Shown here: positions 1 to 9,442 of the stretch, piece after piece
How positions within the stretch are numbered: the stretch's first letter is position 1
Layout: every line of letters begins with the position of its first letter
From: a virus
Taxonomy: Duplodnaviria > Caudoviricetes
Direction: 5' to 3' (one strand)
Length of the DNA: 64,000 bases
Virus record (IMG/VR): IMGVR_UViG_3300031998_000009
Location: 1 to 64,000 of that record
The notes under the pieces: generated by a model
What the model saw: only the letters and a program-made list of their open reading frames with translations
Database searches by the model: none
Told to the model about the DNA's origin: nothing
Translations under genes and position numbers: made by a program

Positions 1-1080
1 AGGTTCGTTTACGATTGCGGTTTGTGGTGTTGCGAGGACATACCACACCGTCACCGGAGTGCCGGCGGCGTATTGGTCGGTTAACCATTGCCTGAATGCC
101 GCCAAAGATGCGAAACCCTTTGCACTCACCCGTAATGCCCCGGTTTCCCCGATGTCATACTGTCCCTCGGTGTATCGGCTGCCATATACAAGATGCGAGC
201 AAAGCGATCCTGCTGTAGTGTTCGGGCTTCCATACGGATTAAGATTTATATAATAAAATAGTGTGTCTCCTCCGCCGTCGGCTGACCATGATTCGTCACC
301 CGTCAGCCCCAATTTCTTTACTCTCCGCAACGTCTGCACTTGCCCCAGATATACATGCACGGTCTGTCCGGCGCTGGTGAGAGAAATTTTGTAGCCGTAT
401 GGAATGTACGAATCCGGGGCTGTAGATCCCTCTACGACCATCAGAGTGTTTAGACAGGATTGGATTTCTTCTGTCGTACTTGAATCTGGTCCAGCATGCT
501 TTGCGTAGTAGATAAGCAGATATTTACTGTCCGCGCCTGACTGCGCTGACAGCTCATATGCCTGCGCTGGATCATATCCGGCCGCGCCAGTTAGGTTGTA
601 GATCGGTGTACCGGCCTCTAAATCTGCTGTTTCTGTGAAGCAAATCATAAATCTTTTTGTGATTTCGTAACGAGATACTGTGTACTGTGTAGATGGTTTG
701 CACGGAATCAGCAAAATATCGGTATTTGCTGATGCAACAAGTGACGACGAACTCCCAACCGGATAGAAGCCACCACCATCTATGAAATTATCCTTATCAA
801 ACAAATTCTCCGTCCTCACGCCACAGAAATTCGGCATGATGATGTTATCTGGTGAGGGCACCCCTGACTGCTGGGAATTTCCGTCAATCTCCCAGCTTTT
901 CACAGGAAGACCATAGCATCTCGCGGATATGGAGTTTGTGCCGGTGAATGTGTCGACTCTGCCCCAGAGAAGATGGTCGTTTTTATCACGAGCTTCCCAT
1001 GCTTCTTTCACTACGCTGCCTGTGTTGACATAAACATGGTCAAGAGGCTTATCTACCCCATTTATGTTCAAATGAGACAT
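1..1080 (-). CDS. Tail fibre/receptor-binding protein, partial (runs off the window end)
   Basis: Not in the ORF track. ATG at 1080 with AGGAGG RBS. Reads MSHLNINGVDKP...YKISLTSAGQTVHVYLGQVQTLRRVKKL...QYAAGTPVTVWYVLATPQTAIVNEP, paralogous to the C-terminal half of 2528..4198. GC-richer than the flanks. Confidence 0.75.
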   Translation of the reverse strand, partial: MSHLNINGVDKPLDHVYVNTGSVVKEAWEARDKNDHLLWGRVDTFTGTNSISARCYGLPVKSWEIDGNSQQSGVPSPDNIIMPNFCGVRTENLFDKDNFIDGGGFYPVGSSSSLVASANTDILLIPCKPSTQYTVSRYEITKRFMICFTETADLEAGTPIYNLTGAAGYDPAQAYELSAQSGADSKYLLIYYAKHAGPDSSTTEEIQSCLNTLMVVEGSTAPDSYIPYGYKISLTSAGQTVHVYLGQVQTLRRVKKLGLTGDESWSADGGGDTLFYYINLNPYGSPNTTAGSLCSHLVYGSRYTEGQYDIGETGALRVSAKGFASLAAFRQWLTDQYAAGTPVTVWYVLATPQTAIVNEP

Positions 1081-1095
1081 ATAGTTTCGCCTCCT

Positions 1096-2466
1096 TTAGT
1101 CGTATGTGAAGTAGATGTCTTTGTCTTTTGTTGCAAGTTGTGAATATGCAGTTTCAGACATAATTTCACCAACAATCGTTGTTTTCAAATTTCCGCTGTT
1201 ATCTGTTGTCAAACCATCACCAACTTTCACACCCACAACATTACTTGCGAGACTGATTGCAGTTCCAGCATTTAATGCATCAAGTGAAGTTATTTGACAT
1301 TTCGTGATAATGATATAACCACTACCATTCAAACCAACGGCATTATATACATCTATCGTATTATTGGCATATGCATTGATGCCGTATCCAGTAAATTCTT
1401 GAACACCTGATTCTGCGGTTTTTCTTAAAATAATATGATATTTATATCCGCTAATAACAGGAGTGAATAGGATTTCTGGATAATCATTATCTCTTAATCC
1501 TTGTAATTTAGTAAGGTCATCAGCTGACGGTGTAAATCTCCATGTAATAGAACCTGTAGATGTAGCTGTTCCAGTTATTTCCGGAACATTTGCAAGATTA
1601 GTTAGTTTAGTTTTATCATCAGATGTCATACCACTATTTATAGTAGCCCATTGATTAGCAGTAAAACTAGAATTATTTAGAGCGTATTCAAATGCCCATT
1701 GTTGAGATTCAGCATTATATTTATATCTGTTATAAACAGTATTACCTGCAGAATCTGTAGAAATAACAAAACCATAATCATTATTAGTAAGATCATAAGG
1801 ATAATCTGCGTGAGCTTCTAGTTCTGCTACACTATTATATGTTCCTACAAAATAAGCTGTATTAGTTGATACTGAACTATTTACAAAACTATATATTGCT
1901 TTATTTTGAACAGGATTTGTTGATGTTCCATTTACTTCTGTATCAATTTGAGAAGGATCTATTCCTCCACTTCCACCACCAGCAACAATATTAGAATCAT
2001 CAAAACTAATGGTTACATCAAAAGTAGATGTAGGTATTGTCCATAATAGAGATGTATAATCTTCAGGATTAGTATCTACAATTCCTTCTTCTGATGTTGT
2101 AAATGAAGTAAAATCTCCTGTTTCTATTTGTGCGTTATGAGAATCTAAAGCACTCTCGTCAAATAGAGGAGTAATACTAAAATCAAATGTTTCCGGAAGA
2201 TTATAAAGCGGAATACAATAAGGATTTGTAGGTAAATGAGTACTTCTGTTTACTGTTCTCATGTCTACTGAAATAGTAACTAATCTAGATCCATCTGGCA
2301 TGAATATATTTACATTTATTGTTGGTAATTCATGAATCATTTGTTCAGTCCAGGTTGTATTAAGGGCTAGACAAAGTAATCCACAATTATCCGGAGCAGA
2401 GCCAGATTGAGTTACTGGATAAGTAGTCTGTCTATCTATACTAGATATAAGAGTAGATATAGACAT
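1096..2466 (-). CDS. Virion tail-associated/fibre protein
   Basis: 456 aa, Ser/Thr/Gly/Asn-rich. Contains STNPVQNKAI and KVGDGLT fibre-type motifs and a C-terminal YSQLATKD..YF motif. Shares an N-terminal module (WTEQMxxELPTI) with 2528..4198. Confidence 0.7.
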   Translation of the reverse strand: MSISTLISSIDRQTTYPVTQSGSAPDNCGLLCLALNTTWTEQMIHELPTINVNIFMPDGSRLVTISVDMRTVNRSTHLPTNPYCIPLYNLPETFDFSITPLFDESALDSHNAQIETGDFTSFTTSEEGIVDTNPEDYTSLLWTIPTSTFDVTISFDDSNIVAGGGSGGIDPSQIDTEVNGTSTNPVQNKAIYSFVNSSVSTNTAYFVGTYNSVAELEAHADYPYDLTNNDYGFVISTDSAGNTVYNRYKYNAESQQWAFEYALNNSSFTANQWATINSGMTSDDKTKLTNLANVPEITGTATSTGSITWRFTPSADDLTKLQGLRDNDYPEILFTPVISGYKYHIILRKTAESGVQEFTGYGINAYANNTIDVYNAVGLNGSGYIIITKCQITSLDALNAGTAISLASNVVGVKVGDGLTTDNSGNLKTTIVGEIMSETAYSQLATKDKDIYFTYD

Positions 2467-2527
2467 AGTAACAAAACTCCTTTCGTTAATTTATAGATTT
2501 CAGGTTATTGCTATTTTTTTAATTCTT

Positions 2528-4198
2528 TTACTGATATATTATTTCCATATTGCTAGGTTTCACTTCTGTTTCTACTTCTATTGTATTTAGTCCTTTTTCT
2601 ACTGGTATTGTTATTCCTGATTGATCTTTTGTTATGTTATCACTATATATTCCTATTTTTTGCAGAGGCTCGTTTACAGTGTTAGTGGTTTCTGTTGCTA
2701 AAACATACCAGACGGTGACGGGCGTGCCGGCGGCGTATTGACTTGCAAGATATGTTTTCCACGCGTCCGTTGTCTGAACAGTTCCAGTAGAAAATGCAAG
2801 CCATTTCTGCGTCGATGCAACGCCAACACCTACAAATGAACCGGAATAAATAACATTAAACGGTTTCGATTCATAGTGGGTAGATATCGCTTCCCCATTA
2901 ACAAGAATATCACTTGCTACGATATAGAATGATTTACCCGAGGTTCCAAGTTCAGACCAGCTCTCCGTCCCATCCAGCACCAGTTTCTTAATCCGCCGTG
3001 TCGTCTGCACCTGTCCGAGATAGACAGGCACGGTCTGTCCGGCAGATGTTATGTTGATTTTATATCCATCGGTTAAAACCACATCGCCGATGGTGCAGAC
3101 GAAAACAATATTGGCATCGCAGAAAATCACTGACGCATAGACTTCTTCGGAGCCATTGTACGATGTACGCCAGACGCCATCTGATGTAATCGTTACAGAT
3201 GTGCCGGGTACAATCTGATTTCCAGAAACTCTTCGGAAGCAGATTCTGAATTTTCCGTTTGAGTAAAGCCCCGCAGAGCCATTACTAACTTTTATCTGGA
3301 AATACGTCGTTTTGTATGTTGGAATCTCATCTGTCAAATTAAATGCAAGGTAGTTTGTTCCGGTTGATAATGTAGATTCTACGGAAAAAGTTCCGTCAGA
3401 ATTTTCTGTAACAGTGAAAACAGGGCTGTTTTGTCTCCATCCGCCAGACCATCCGTTTATTTCATCCCCACACCCGTCCACTGAAACCGGCGCATCCGGT
3501 GCAGGTGTGCCGTCCTGAACAGCGTTGCCGTCAATGCTCCATGATACAAGAGGTCTGCCGTCGGCACTAATAGTAAATGGAGGAACTCCTGTAAGATTTT
3601 TCAATTCAGGTTCTGTTTCATAATAATCTCCACAACCTAACACAGGTTTAGGAGATGTAGGAGAAGGAGTTCCTTCTTGAATACTATTTCCATATAATGT
3701 CCAATCTATTAGAGATGTAGTAGTAGAAATAAAACTTATTGGAGGTTGTCCTTCAATAGTTTGTTCTGTTCCACCTGCTTCTTCTCCTATAGACAGTATA
3801 ATAGGAAATTGTGTTGTAGGTGCTTCCCATAGTTCTCCTTCTTCAATTCCAATTTCAATAAGACTATTTCTAGCAGAAACAGCATTATTATCAAAGTTAG
3901 GAATTATTTTAAGATAACAACTTTCAGGAACATCTATAACATTTCTAGTATGTTCCCAGGATTCTTTAGTTTTAGTATTAGGATTATATGTTTTTATAAC
4001 TCTACTAAATAACGGTGTTTTAATATCAGTTGTTCCGTTTTTAATATATAATTCAACTGTTATTGTAGGAAGTTCATAAAACATCTGTTCTGTCCAATTT
4101 ACAGTTACAAGAGAAAAGAAACCTTTATTCTTATCAAAAGTAGCCGGTACCATTTGTTCTACTGTTTGTCTTGTTAGTGTTATAGAAGTTGTTGACAT
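2528..4198 (-). CDS. Tail fibre/receptor-binding protein
   Basis: 556 aa. Repeated GNxxQxGTPxPxxP modules, N-terminal module shared with 1096..2466, C-terminal domain shared with 1..1080. Confidence 0.7.
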   Translation of the reverse strand: MSTTSITLTRQTVEQMVPATFDKNKGFFSLVTVNWTEQMFYELPTITVELYIKNGTTDIKTPLFSRVIKTYNPNTKTKESWEHTRNVIDVPESCYLKIIPNFDNNAVSARNSLIEIGIEEGELWEAPTTQFPIILSIGEEAGGTEQTIEGQPPISFISTTTSLIDWTLYGNSIQEGTPSPTSPKPVLGCGDYYETEPELKNLTGVPPFTISADGRPLVSWSIDGNAVQDGTPAPDAPVSVDGCGDEINGWSGGWRQNSPVFTVTENSDGTFSVESTLSTGTNYLAFNLTDEIPTYKTTYFQIKVSNGSAGLYSNGKFRICFRRVSGNQIVPGTSVTITSDGVWRTSYNGSEEVYASVIFCDANIVFVCTIGDVVLTDGYKINITSAGQTVPVYLGQVQTTRRIKKLVLDGTESWSELGTSGKSFYIVASDILVNGEAISTHYESKPFNVIYSGSFVGVGVASTQKWLAFSTGTVQTTDAWKTYLASQYAAGTPVTVWYVLATETTNTVNEPLQKIGIYSDNITKDQSGITIPVEKGLNTIEVETEVKPSNMEIIYQ

Positions 4199-4296
4199 AT
4201 AATAATCACTTCCTTAAAATAATATACAGTAATATAGTATTCGTGTACAATTAAAATTCTGATTATTTTCACTTATAAATAGTAACTCATAGGAAT

Positions 4297-4329
4297 AAAA
4301 AAGGAAGGACTTTATTTAGTCCTTCCTTT
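4297..4329 (-). terminator. Rho-independent terminator
   Basis: Stem AAAGGAAGGACT/AGTCCTTCCTTT followed by a U-tract on the minus strand, just after the 4335..4637 stop. Confidence 0.8.
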
Positions 4330-4334
4330 ACTAA

Positions 4335-4637
4335 TTATTCTAATCCTATTTCTGTAACTATTTTATTTATTAAGTTTAACATATAATTTTTATATTTTGT
4401 AAAATCTTTGAACTTTTCATTTGGTATTCTAAGTAAATAAAAAGAATCTGTTACATCTACAGTTATTATTCCCTTACTTAATTCAGCGATTTTTAGTGTT
4501 ATAACTCTTTTATTTTGTATAAGATTATAACTTACTGTAGATGAAGTTTCTTGGTTTAATTGTGGATTTAGAATAGATATATTTTGTAAAAGATATTGTT
4601 TACAATCTGCGAAGGTTATTTTACTTCTTCCAAACAC
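4335..4637 (-). CDS. Hypothetical protein
   Basis: 100 aa ORF directly after 4639..5646. Confidence 0.55.
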   Translation of the reverse strand: MFGRSKITFADCKQYLLQNISILNPQLNQETSSTVSYNLIQNKRVITLKIAELSKGIITVDVTDSFYLLRIPNEKFKDFTKYKNYMLNLINKIVTEIGLE

Positions 4638-4638
4638 T

Positions 4639-5646
4639 TTAATCTATCCCCTGCTCCTCAATACGGTTGTACATATCCTCAATATCGGATGGTTTATTTA
4701 GTGGATATGTAGCTTCATCTGAAATTCTACCATTTCGTTTATAGAACAAAGTTACTTCTATAATAAAATTATCTAAATCAACGTTCAGATCAATACAAGG
4801 TTCTGTAATACTGTCAGAATACCAGATTTTATTCCAAGAATTAGGTGTGTTATCAGGATTAGGTTCAAATCCTAGATCTTCTAACACATCTATATAATCC
4901 TGAAATTCAAATTCTTCTTTAATGAGCATAATATTACCTCCTTTATTTAATCTTCCTAAAACCATATTTTTATTCTCTTTTATGATGCTAAGAATTCCAT
5001 AATTATTTAGAAAGTCTTGTACTTCTTCTTCGTCGTAATCCCATTCCTCGGCTTCTTCGTAAAAATAGTCTAACCATTTGTCACCGTATTTTTTCCGGCA
5101 CTGTTTTAATAATTCAGGAAGTGTGTTTTTTATCGCTCCAGCAGATTCTAGTTTTTTATACAAATCTTTAAATATTCCAGTAGGGGTAAATTCATCAGAA
5201 AGTTGAGTAAATATGGTTCCTGTTGTTATAGGAGTTTCAATACTATAAAAACTAGAATTTTCATAATCCTCATAGTTTTTACCTGTCGGGATAAAGAATA
5301 ACCCTTTTATAAGATATTTTCTGAATCCATAATCGGAATAAACTTCTCCATCTGTATATCCGCAAGTAAATTTACCATCATTTCTGGCAAATTTGATATA
5401 CCCATCTAAATTTTTAACTACACCATAAAGATAATCACTGTCAAATAAATCTAATGCCATGCCTCTATGAGTATTTTCTAAAGCATCACAAATAACCCAA
5501 ATATCAAAATGACTATCATAAAGTATTCTGTAGGGCTTTGGCTTATTTAGAATCCAATTTACAATATCGCCAACATAATCAGTGGCATAACAACCTTCAG
5601 AAATATTTTCAAGTTTTTCATCTAGTATATTTAGTTTTATTGACAT
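4639..5646 (-). CDS. LxE-leader protein, putative internal head protein; contains an in-frame internal start at 4929
   Basis: N-terminus MSIKLNILDEKLENISE. Paralog of 58645..59196 (TDYxGDIxNxxxNKPKxYRILYD). Internal AGGAGG plus ATG (MLIKEE). Confidence 0.6.
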   Translation of the reverse strand: MSIKLNILDEKLENISEGCYATDYVGDIVNWILNKPKPYRILYDSHFDIWVICDALENTHRGMALDLFDSDYLYGVVKNLDGYIKFARNDGKFTCGYTDGEVYSDYGFRKYLIKGLFFIPTGKNYEDYENSSFYSIETPITTGTIFTQLSDEFTPTGIFKDLYKKLESAGAIKNTLPELLKQCRKKYGDKWLDYFYEEAEEWDYDEEEVQDFLNNYGILSIIKENKNMVLGRLNKGGNIMLIKEEFEFQDYIDVLEDLGFEPNPDNTPNSWNKIWYSDSITEPCIDLNVDLDNFIIEVTLFYKRNGRISDEATYPLNKPSDIEDMYNRIEEQGID

Positions 5647-5652
5647 AAAACA

Positions 5653-6366
5653 TCACCACTTTACTCTCGTAAAGTTTACCTTTGCCTCATTGTCTAGGTT
5701 TACAGCATCGTTAAAATCGGCAATACATTCTAAATCTTCTGGAACGTCAACAGAACCATTTTCATCTACGGCTTCAACAGTTCCAAACTTTTTATCAACA
5801 ATAACTACCATTCCAGATGGATAAACTTTAGTTATAATGTTTTCTTCGTCGTCATCCTCGTAACCAAGTTCTTTTAACTTTCTGTATCCGGATAATTTGT
5901 AGAACGGTTTAATATCTACTCCTGGTTTTCTATCTTCTTCTAGTGTAGAATCAAAATCATCGAATTCTTCTTCATCCACATCATAGTAATCATCCTCATC
6001 AAACTCTTCATCATCTTCTTCATTCCAGGAAGTAGCTCTAATAGAAGAAGCCCAATCATCTACCTTATACACATCTTCAGGAGTTCGGATTCTTTTAACA
6101 CCAGAAATATTAAAGGCATCAGAAGTAGGAACATCATGTACATATTCAGTAACTTCTATTTCTCCGGTATATGGATAAATATTTACTTCCCAATTTACAT
6201 CTTTTTTAGATGTTCTATCAAAATAATCTTTGCTATAACTAATATGCTCTTTGGGCAACCCATTTTTAAAATGGGAAGTTACTAAATCTCTAAAACCTCT
6301 TTCTTCCAATGCTTTGATAATTGAATCTGTACTTGCTATTGCCATTTCATTTATTCTGAGTTTCAT
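5653..6366 (-). CDS. LxE-leader acidic protein, putative internal head protein
   Basis: N-terminus MKLRINE-MA; acidic linker ending TLEE. Confidence 0.55.
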   Translation of the reverse strand: MKLRINEMAIASTDSIIKALEERGFRDLVTSHFKNGLPKEHISYSKDYFDRTSKKDVNWEVNIYPYTGEIEVTEYVHDVPTSDAFNISGVKRIRTPEDVYKVDDWASSIRATSWNEEDDEEFDEDDYYDVDEEEFDDFDSTLEEDRKPGVDIKPFYKLSGYRKLKELGYEDDDEENIITKVYPSGMVVIVDKKFGTVEAVDENGSVDVPEDLECIADFNDAVNLDNEAKVNFTRVKW

Positions 6367-6375
6367 AATAAAAAC

Positions 6376-6500
6376 ATCTCCTTCAAAAATATGTCAATTT
6401 GGTTATTCTTACCCTCAAAAAATATGTATAAATCATGTTTTCAACTATCGAAAACTGTGTCTAAAGGGTTCAAATAACCCATAAATATAATGTAGGAGAT
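6376..6500 (-). promoter_or_regulatory. Long imperfect hairpin covering the RBS of 5653..6366
   Basis: Nested inverted repeats ATCTCCT/AGGAGAT, GGTTATT/AATAACC, ACCCT/AGGGT, GTTTTC/GAAAAC. The outer stem includes the SD. Confidence 0.5.
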
Positions 6501-6535
6501 AATAGTTTATGTATTTATTTAGAATTGATAAATTA

Positions 6536-6796
6536 TTAAATTTCTAAATTCTGATATCTTTCTATTTCTTTTTGTAGTTTTTGTATTCTTTCATATTTAT
6601 GATACATTCTACAAAAACTTCTAGATCGTTCTCCTTTTATTTTTGTATATTCAGGAGTTCCTTTTTTAAGACCTAGAAGTCTAGGAAGTTTTTCTATATA
6701 TTCCTGGTCTTGTTTTATTCCGTTATTTAGTTCTTCTATTTCTTGGTTTATTTTATCTATATAGAATTGTTTGTTGAACATTTTGAATTGATCCAA
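6536..6796 (-). CDS. Hypothetical coiled-coil protein
   Basis: 86 aa ORF in a tightly packed operon. Confidence 0.5.
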   Translation of the reverse strand: MDQFKMFNKQFYIDKINQEIEELNNGIKQDQEYIEKLPRLLGLKKGTPEYTKIKGERSRSFCRMYHKYERIQKLQKEIERYQNLEI

Positions 6797-6797
6797 A

Positions 6798-7094
6798 TTA
6801 TTCTTCCCCTTCCAAACAAACTATCTTATATTCTATCTCATACACGGAACCATGTGGAAAATTTTCTTTTAAAATATTTATAACTCTTTGAGCATATCCT
6901 GTAGATTTATAAGCATATTTACTTACATAGAATGATGTTTTTGTTCTATCCAGATATGTCTTAAAAGAACCATTTTCTTGCATAAGTTCTTTTCGCATAA
7001 GATATGAATTCTTACCTAGGAGTTTTCTCTCTACTTCTCCAGTAACTTTATTTTTGAATGTTTGTTCAATATAGAATCTATCCACATTTGTCAC
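6798..7094 (-). CDS. Hypothetical protein
   Basis: 98 aa ORF overlapping the upstream stop; RBS present. Confidence 0.55.
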   Translation of the reverse strand: MTNVDRFYIEQTFKNKVTGEVERKLLGKNSYLMRKELMQENGSFKTYLDRTKTSFYVSKYAYKSTGYAQRVINILKENFPHGSVYEIEYKIVCLEGEE

Positions 7095-7279
7095 TCCTCT
7101 ACTAGGTTAAAATCTTGTTCAATTTCCTTCTTGAACTTATCTCGTTCTTCTTTTGTTTTGAAATATTTTTTAGGTGCTGTAGGTAGATCGTCTTTATCGC
7201 GAAGCTCCACTGTAAATGAACCTGTAAATCTATCGTATCCTGTTATAACTCTGTGAGTGATTCTGTTATTGTAAAACAT
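7091..7279 (-). CDS. Hypothetical protein
   Basis: 62 aa ORF, translationally coupled to its neighbours. Confidence 0.55.
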   Translation of the reverse strand: MFYNNRITHRVITGYDRFTGSFTVELRDKDDLPTAPKKYFKTKEERDKFKKEIEQDFNLVEE

Positions 7280-7758
7280 TACTGAACTCCTTCCTTTGCC
7301 TCGATGAGAGGTTTGAAGTATTCCTGTTCGGCGTCTTCTCTTACTTTAATAGCTTCTTCTATATCATCAAAATAACCAAGTTTGATTGTTTTACCATGAA
7401 TTCCAATATATGCTTGCCACTTTTGATGACTTTTATTCCAGGAAACTCCTTTATGTCCACTGGTATTATTTTTAGGAAGTTCACATTCAATAGAACCAAA
7501 GTTTGTTCTAAATCTTCTATTAATGTCTATCTGCTGTTTAGAATTTTTGGATATTGTGGTCTCCCCGATAGTGACAGCTTTCTGTTTCTGTAGACAACCA
7601 CAAGAACGTGTCGGATCTTTTTGTTTTGTAAGAGAAGTAGCTCTTATATCCTTAAAAGCTCCACATTGACACCAACAGACAACATAACCAGGTCTACATG
7701 ATCTACCTACAACTTTGAGGAGTCCAAAAGTCTTTCCAATAAGATCCATAATAACCAC
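7279..7758 (-). CDS. AP2-domain DNA-binding protein (HNH-AP2 family lacking the HNH domain)
   Basis: DLIGKTFGLLKV..CQCG..RSCGC N-terminus plus AP2 motif NNTSGHKGVSW..KWQAYI..LGYF. Confidence 0.8.
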   Translation of the reverse strand: MVIMDLIGKTFGLLKVVGRSCRPGYVVCWCQCGAFKDIRATSLTKQKDPTRSCGCLQKQKAVTIGETTISKNSKQQIDINRRFRTNFGSIECELPKNNTSGHKGVSWNKSHQKWQAYIGIHGKTIKLGYFDDIEEAIKVREDAEQEYFKPLIEAKEGVQ

Positions 7759-7763
7759 CTTTC

Positions 7764-7958
7764 TTATTTAGCAGTAAGTAAAAGTTCCTCGTAGCACTTA
7801 ATCTGATAAATAATATCTTCTCTTTCTGTTTCTGTTTTGTATGTGTTAGTAAGACCTTCGTTCATCATTTCAAGTATAATCTCAATAGTAACTCTCGGGA
7901 TTCGTCTTACGTCTTTCATCTTCATATTGGTTATAAGTAAAAATCTAGTGAAATCCAT
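7764..7958 (-). CDS. Hypothetical protein, first gene after promoter P1
   Basis: 64 aa with AGGAGG RBS. Confidence 0.55.
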   Translation of the reverse strand: MDFTRFLLITNMKMKDVRRIPRVTIEIILEMMNEGLTNTYKTETEREDIIYQIKCYEELLLTAK

Positions 7959-7999
7959 AAGCCATCCTCCTTCTATTATTGACTACTTTTACTATATAT

Positions 8000-8028
8000 A
8001 GTATAACACATTTTAACGAAAAAGTCAA
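8000..8028 (-). promoter_or_regulatory. Strong sigma-A/70 early promoter P1
   Basis: TTGACT-17 bp-TATACT with extended TG; one of 16 copies. Confidence 0.9.
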
Positions 8029-8048
8029 GTAGTTATAAAGAAAATTAA

Positions 8049-8082
8049 TAAAAAATCCTCACAAACTTTATGTGAGGATTTT
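8049..8082 (-). terminator. Terminator hairpin upstream of P1
   Basis: AAAATCCTCACA/TGTGAGGATTTT inverted repeat with A/T tracts. Confidence 0.8.
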
Positions 8083-8090
8083 GTACATAT

Positions 8091-8249
8091 TTACTTTTTA
8101 TCATCTTTTATAGGTTTCTCGGATATAGTTAATTTAATATTTTCTTTTACCGTGGGTTTGTTAAACCTTTTTGTTTTGGTTGTACCTTCTCCACGTTCGA
8201 AGATAATAACCTCCTCTAATCCCCTAATAATGCTATTATACACCTTCAT
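8091..8249 (-). CDS. 52-aa protein resembling the N-terminal helix of HigA/Xre-type antitoxins
   Basis: Below the track cut-off. AGGAGGT RBS; MKVYNSIIRGLEEVIIFERGEG... Confidence 0.5.
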   Translation of the reverse strand: MKVYNSIIRGLEEVIIFERGEGTTKTKRFNKPTVKENIKLTISEKPIKDDKK

Positions 8250-8335
8250 GATATTACCTCCTTAATGTTTCTGTAGTTCATCTTCAAGAAAACCTATTAA
8301 TTTTTTAATCTGACTACACAGTTAATATTTTATTT

Positions 8336-9343
8336 TCACATATTCATTTCTATAAGACATCCATTTCTGTAACAATACCGAACATTTGGTTTTATTTTAG
8401 AATTTTCTCCAGCAACAATGATATGACTGTCAGCAAAAGTGTCCACATTATGAATAAATGCGGTTACTAGACTTACAACTGTCCCTTCTGAAACTTTGAA
8501 TTCATTGGTTCCGGTGATAAATAATCTATTATCCTTACCCTCTACACTGATAACATTATTGGTTCCAGTTATAAATAATTTATTATTATTACCCTTTACA
8601 CTAATAAAATTATTTGTTCCTAGACTGTGAATACAATTACCGTCACCGTTAATGTGAGTGTCTATTCCACTTGTTATTTTAATATTACCAGAATTAGCAT
8701 TACTGATTATAGAACAATAGGTTGTCATACAATTTATGGCGACGAAAGGAGCCGTATTTACAATTATACTATAGGAACCATTATTTGTTATGTTATTTAA
8801 CTCATGGTTATTATATATAATAGCGTAACGAGACACGTTTACTAAATTAATACAGCTGTCACACATTACAATATCACTGCCATCTCCAACATTTATAGTT
8901 TCCTTACTTTTAGTGAATATTGTAGATGTAACATTGTTTATGAACTTATTTGAATTCTCTTGGGTAGAACAGCATGCAAACCTATCATTCACAAATACCG
9001 AATCACATATGGTTTGACAATTTTCTCTTTCCTTCATAATTTGTGAAAAAGAGATATCTACCATGTCATCTATTGTTAGTTCCTTACCAATAGTTATTTT
9101 TTTACCACAAATTTTAGTGTCCGGTTCCGTTTTTCGAATGGTATCTGCTACCACATCTTCCAATTCTACCTCGTGATAAACGGATTTATGTGATGTGTAG
9201 TACCTTAAACAATCTAAAGGATTAGTACAAGCATGAAATCCTTTTTCACACAGTATTGCTTCTGATTCCTCATATGTTTTGCCTTCTTCAAACTGAAACC
9301 TTCTACAGGTCATGTCTAAATTAAAACCTTTGTACGCTTTCAT
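8336..9343 (-). CDS. Conserved phage protein (DUF7666-like N-domain plus beta-helix-like repeats)
   Basis: MKAYKGF..MTCRRFQFEEGKTY..CEKGFHAC..PLD N-domain; Asn/Gly/Ile repeats such as ITGTNNVISV. Confidence 0.65.
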   Translation of the reverse strand: MKAYKGFNLDMTCRRFQFEEGKTYEESEAILCEKGFHACTNPLDCLRYYTSHKSVYHEVELEDVVADTIRKTEPDTKICGKKITIGKELTIDDMVDISFSQIMKERENCQTICDSVFVNDRFACCSTQENSNKFINNVTSTIFTKSKETINVGDGSDIVMCDSCINLVNVSRYAIIYNNHELNNITNNGSYSIIVNTAPFVAINCMTTYCSIISNANSGNIKITSGIDTHINGDGNCIHSLGTNNFISVKGNNNKLFITGTNNVISVEGKDNRLFITGTNEFKVSEGTVVSLVTAFIHNVDTFADSHIIVAGENSKIKPNVRYCYRNGCLIEMNM

Positions 9344-9442
9344 AAATCATACCTCACTGATGTTGGTTTCTACCCCTTCATTGGTATTGGTTTCTTGCTT
9401 CTCGTTCTTTAATTAGATTTCTTCCAATCATTATAAAACCTC

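Noticed and set aside
5930-6025. TCATC-rich repeat
   Set aside because: Explained by an Asp/Glu low-complexity linker in the coding sequence.
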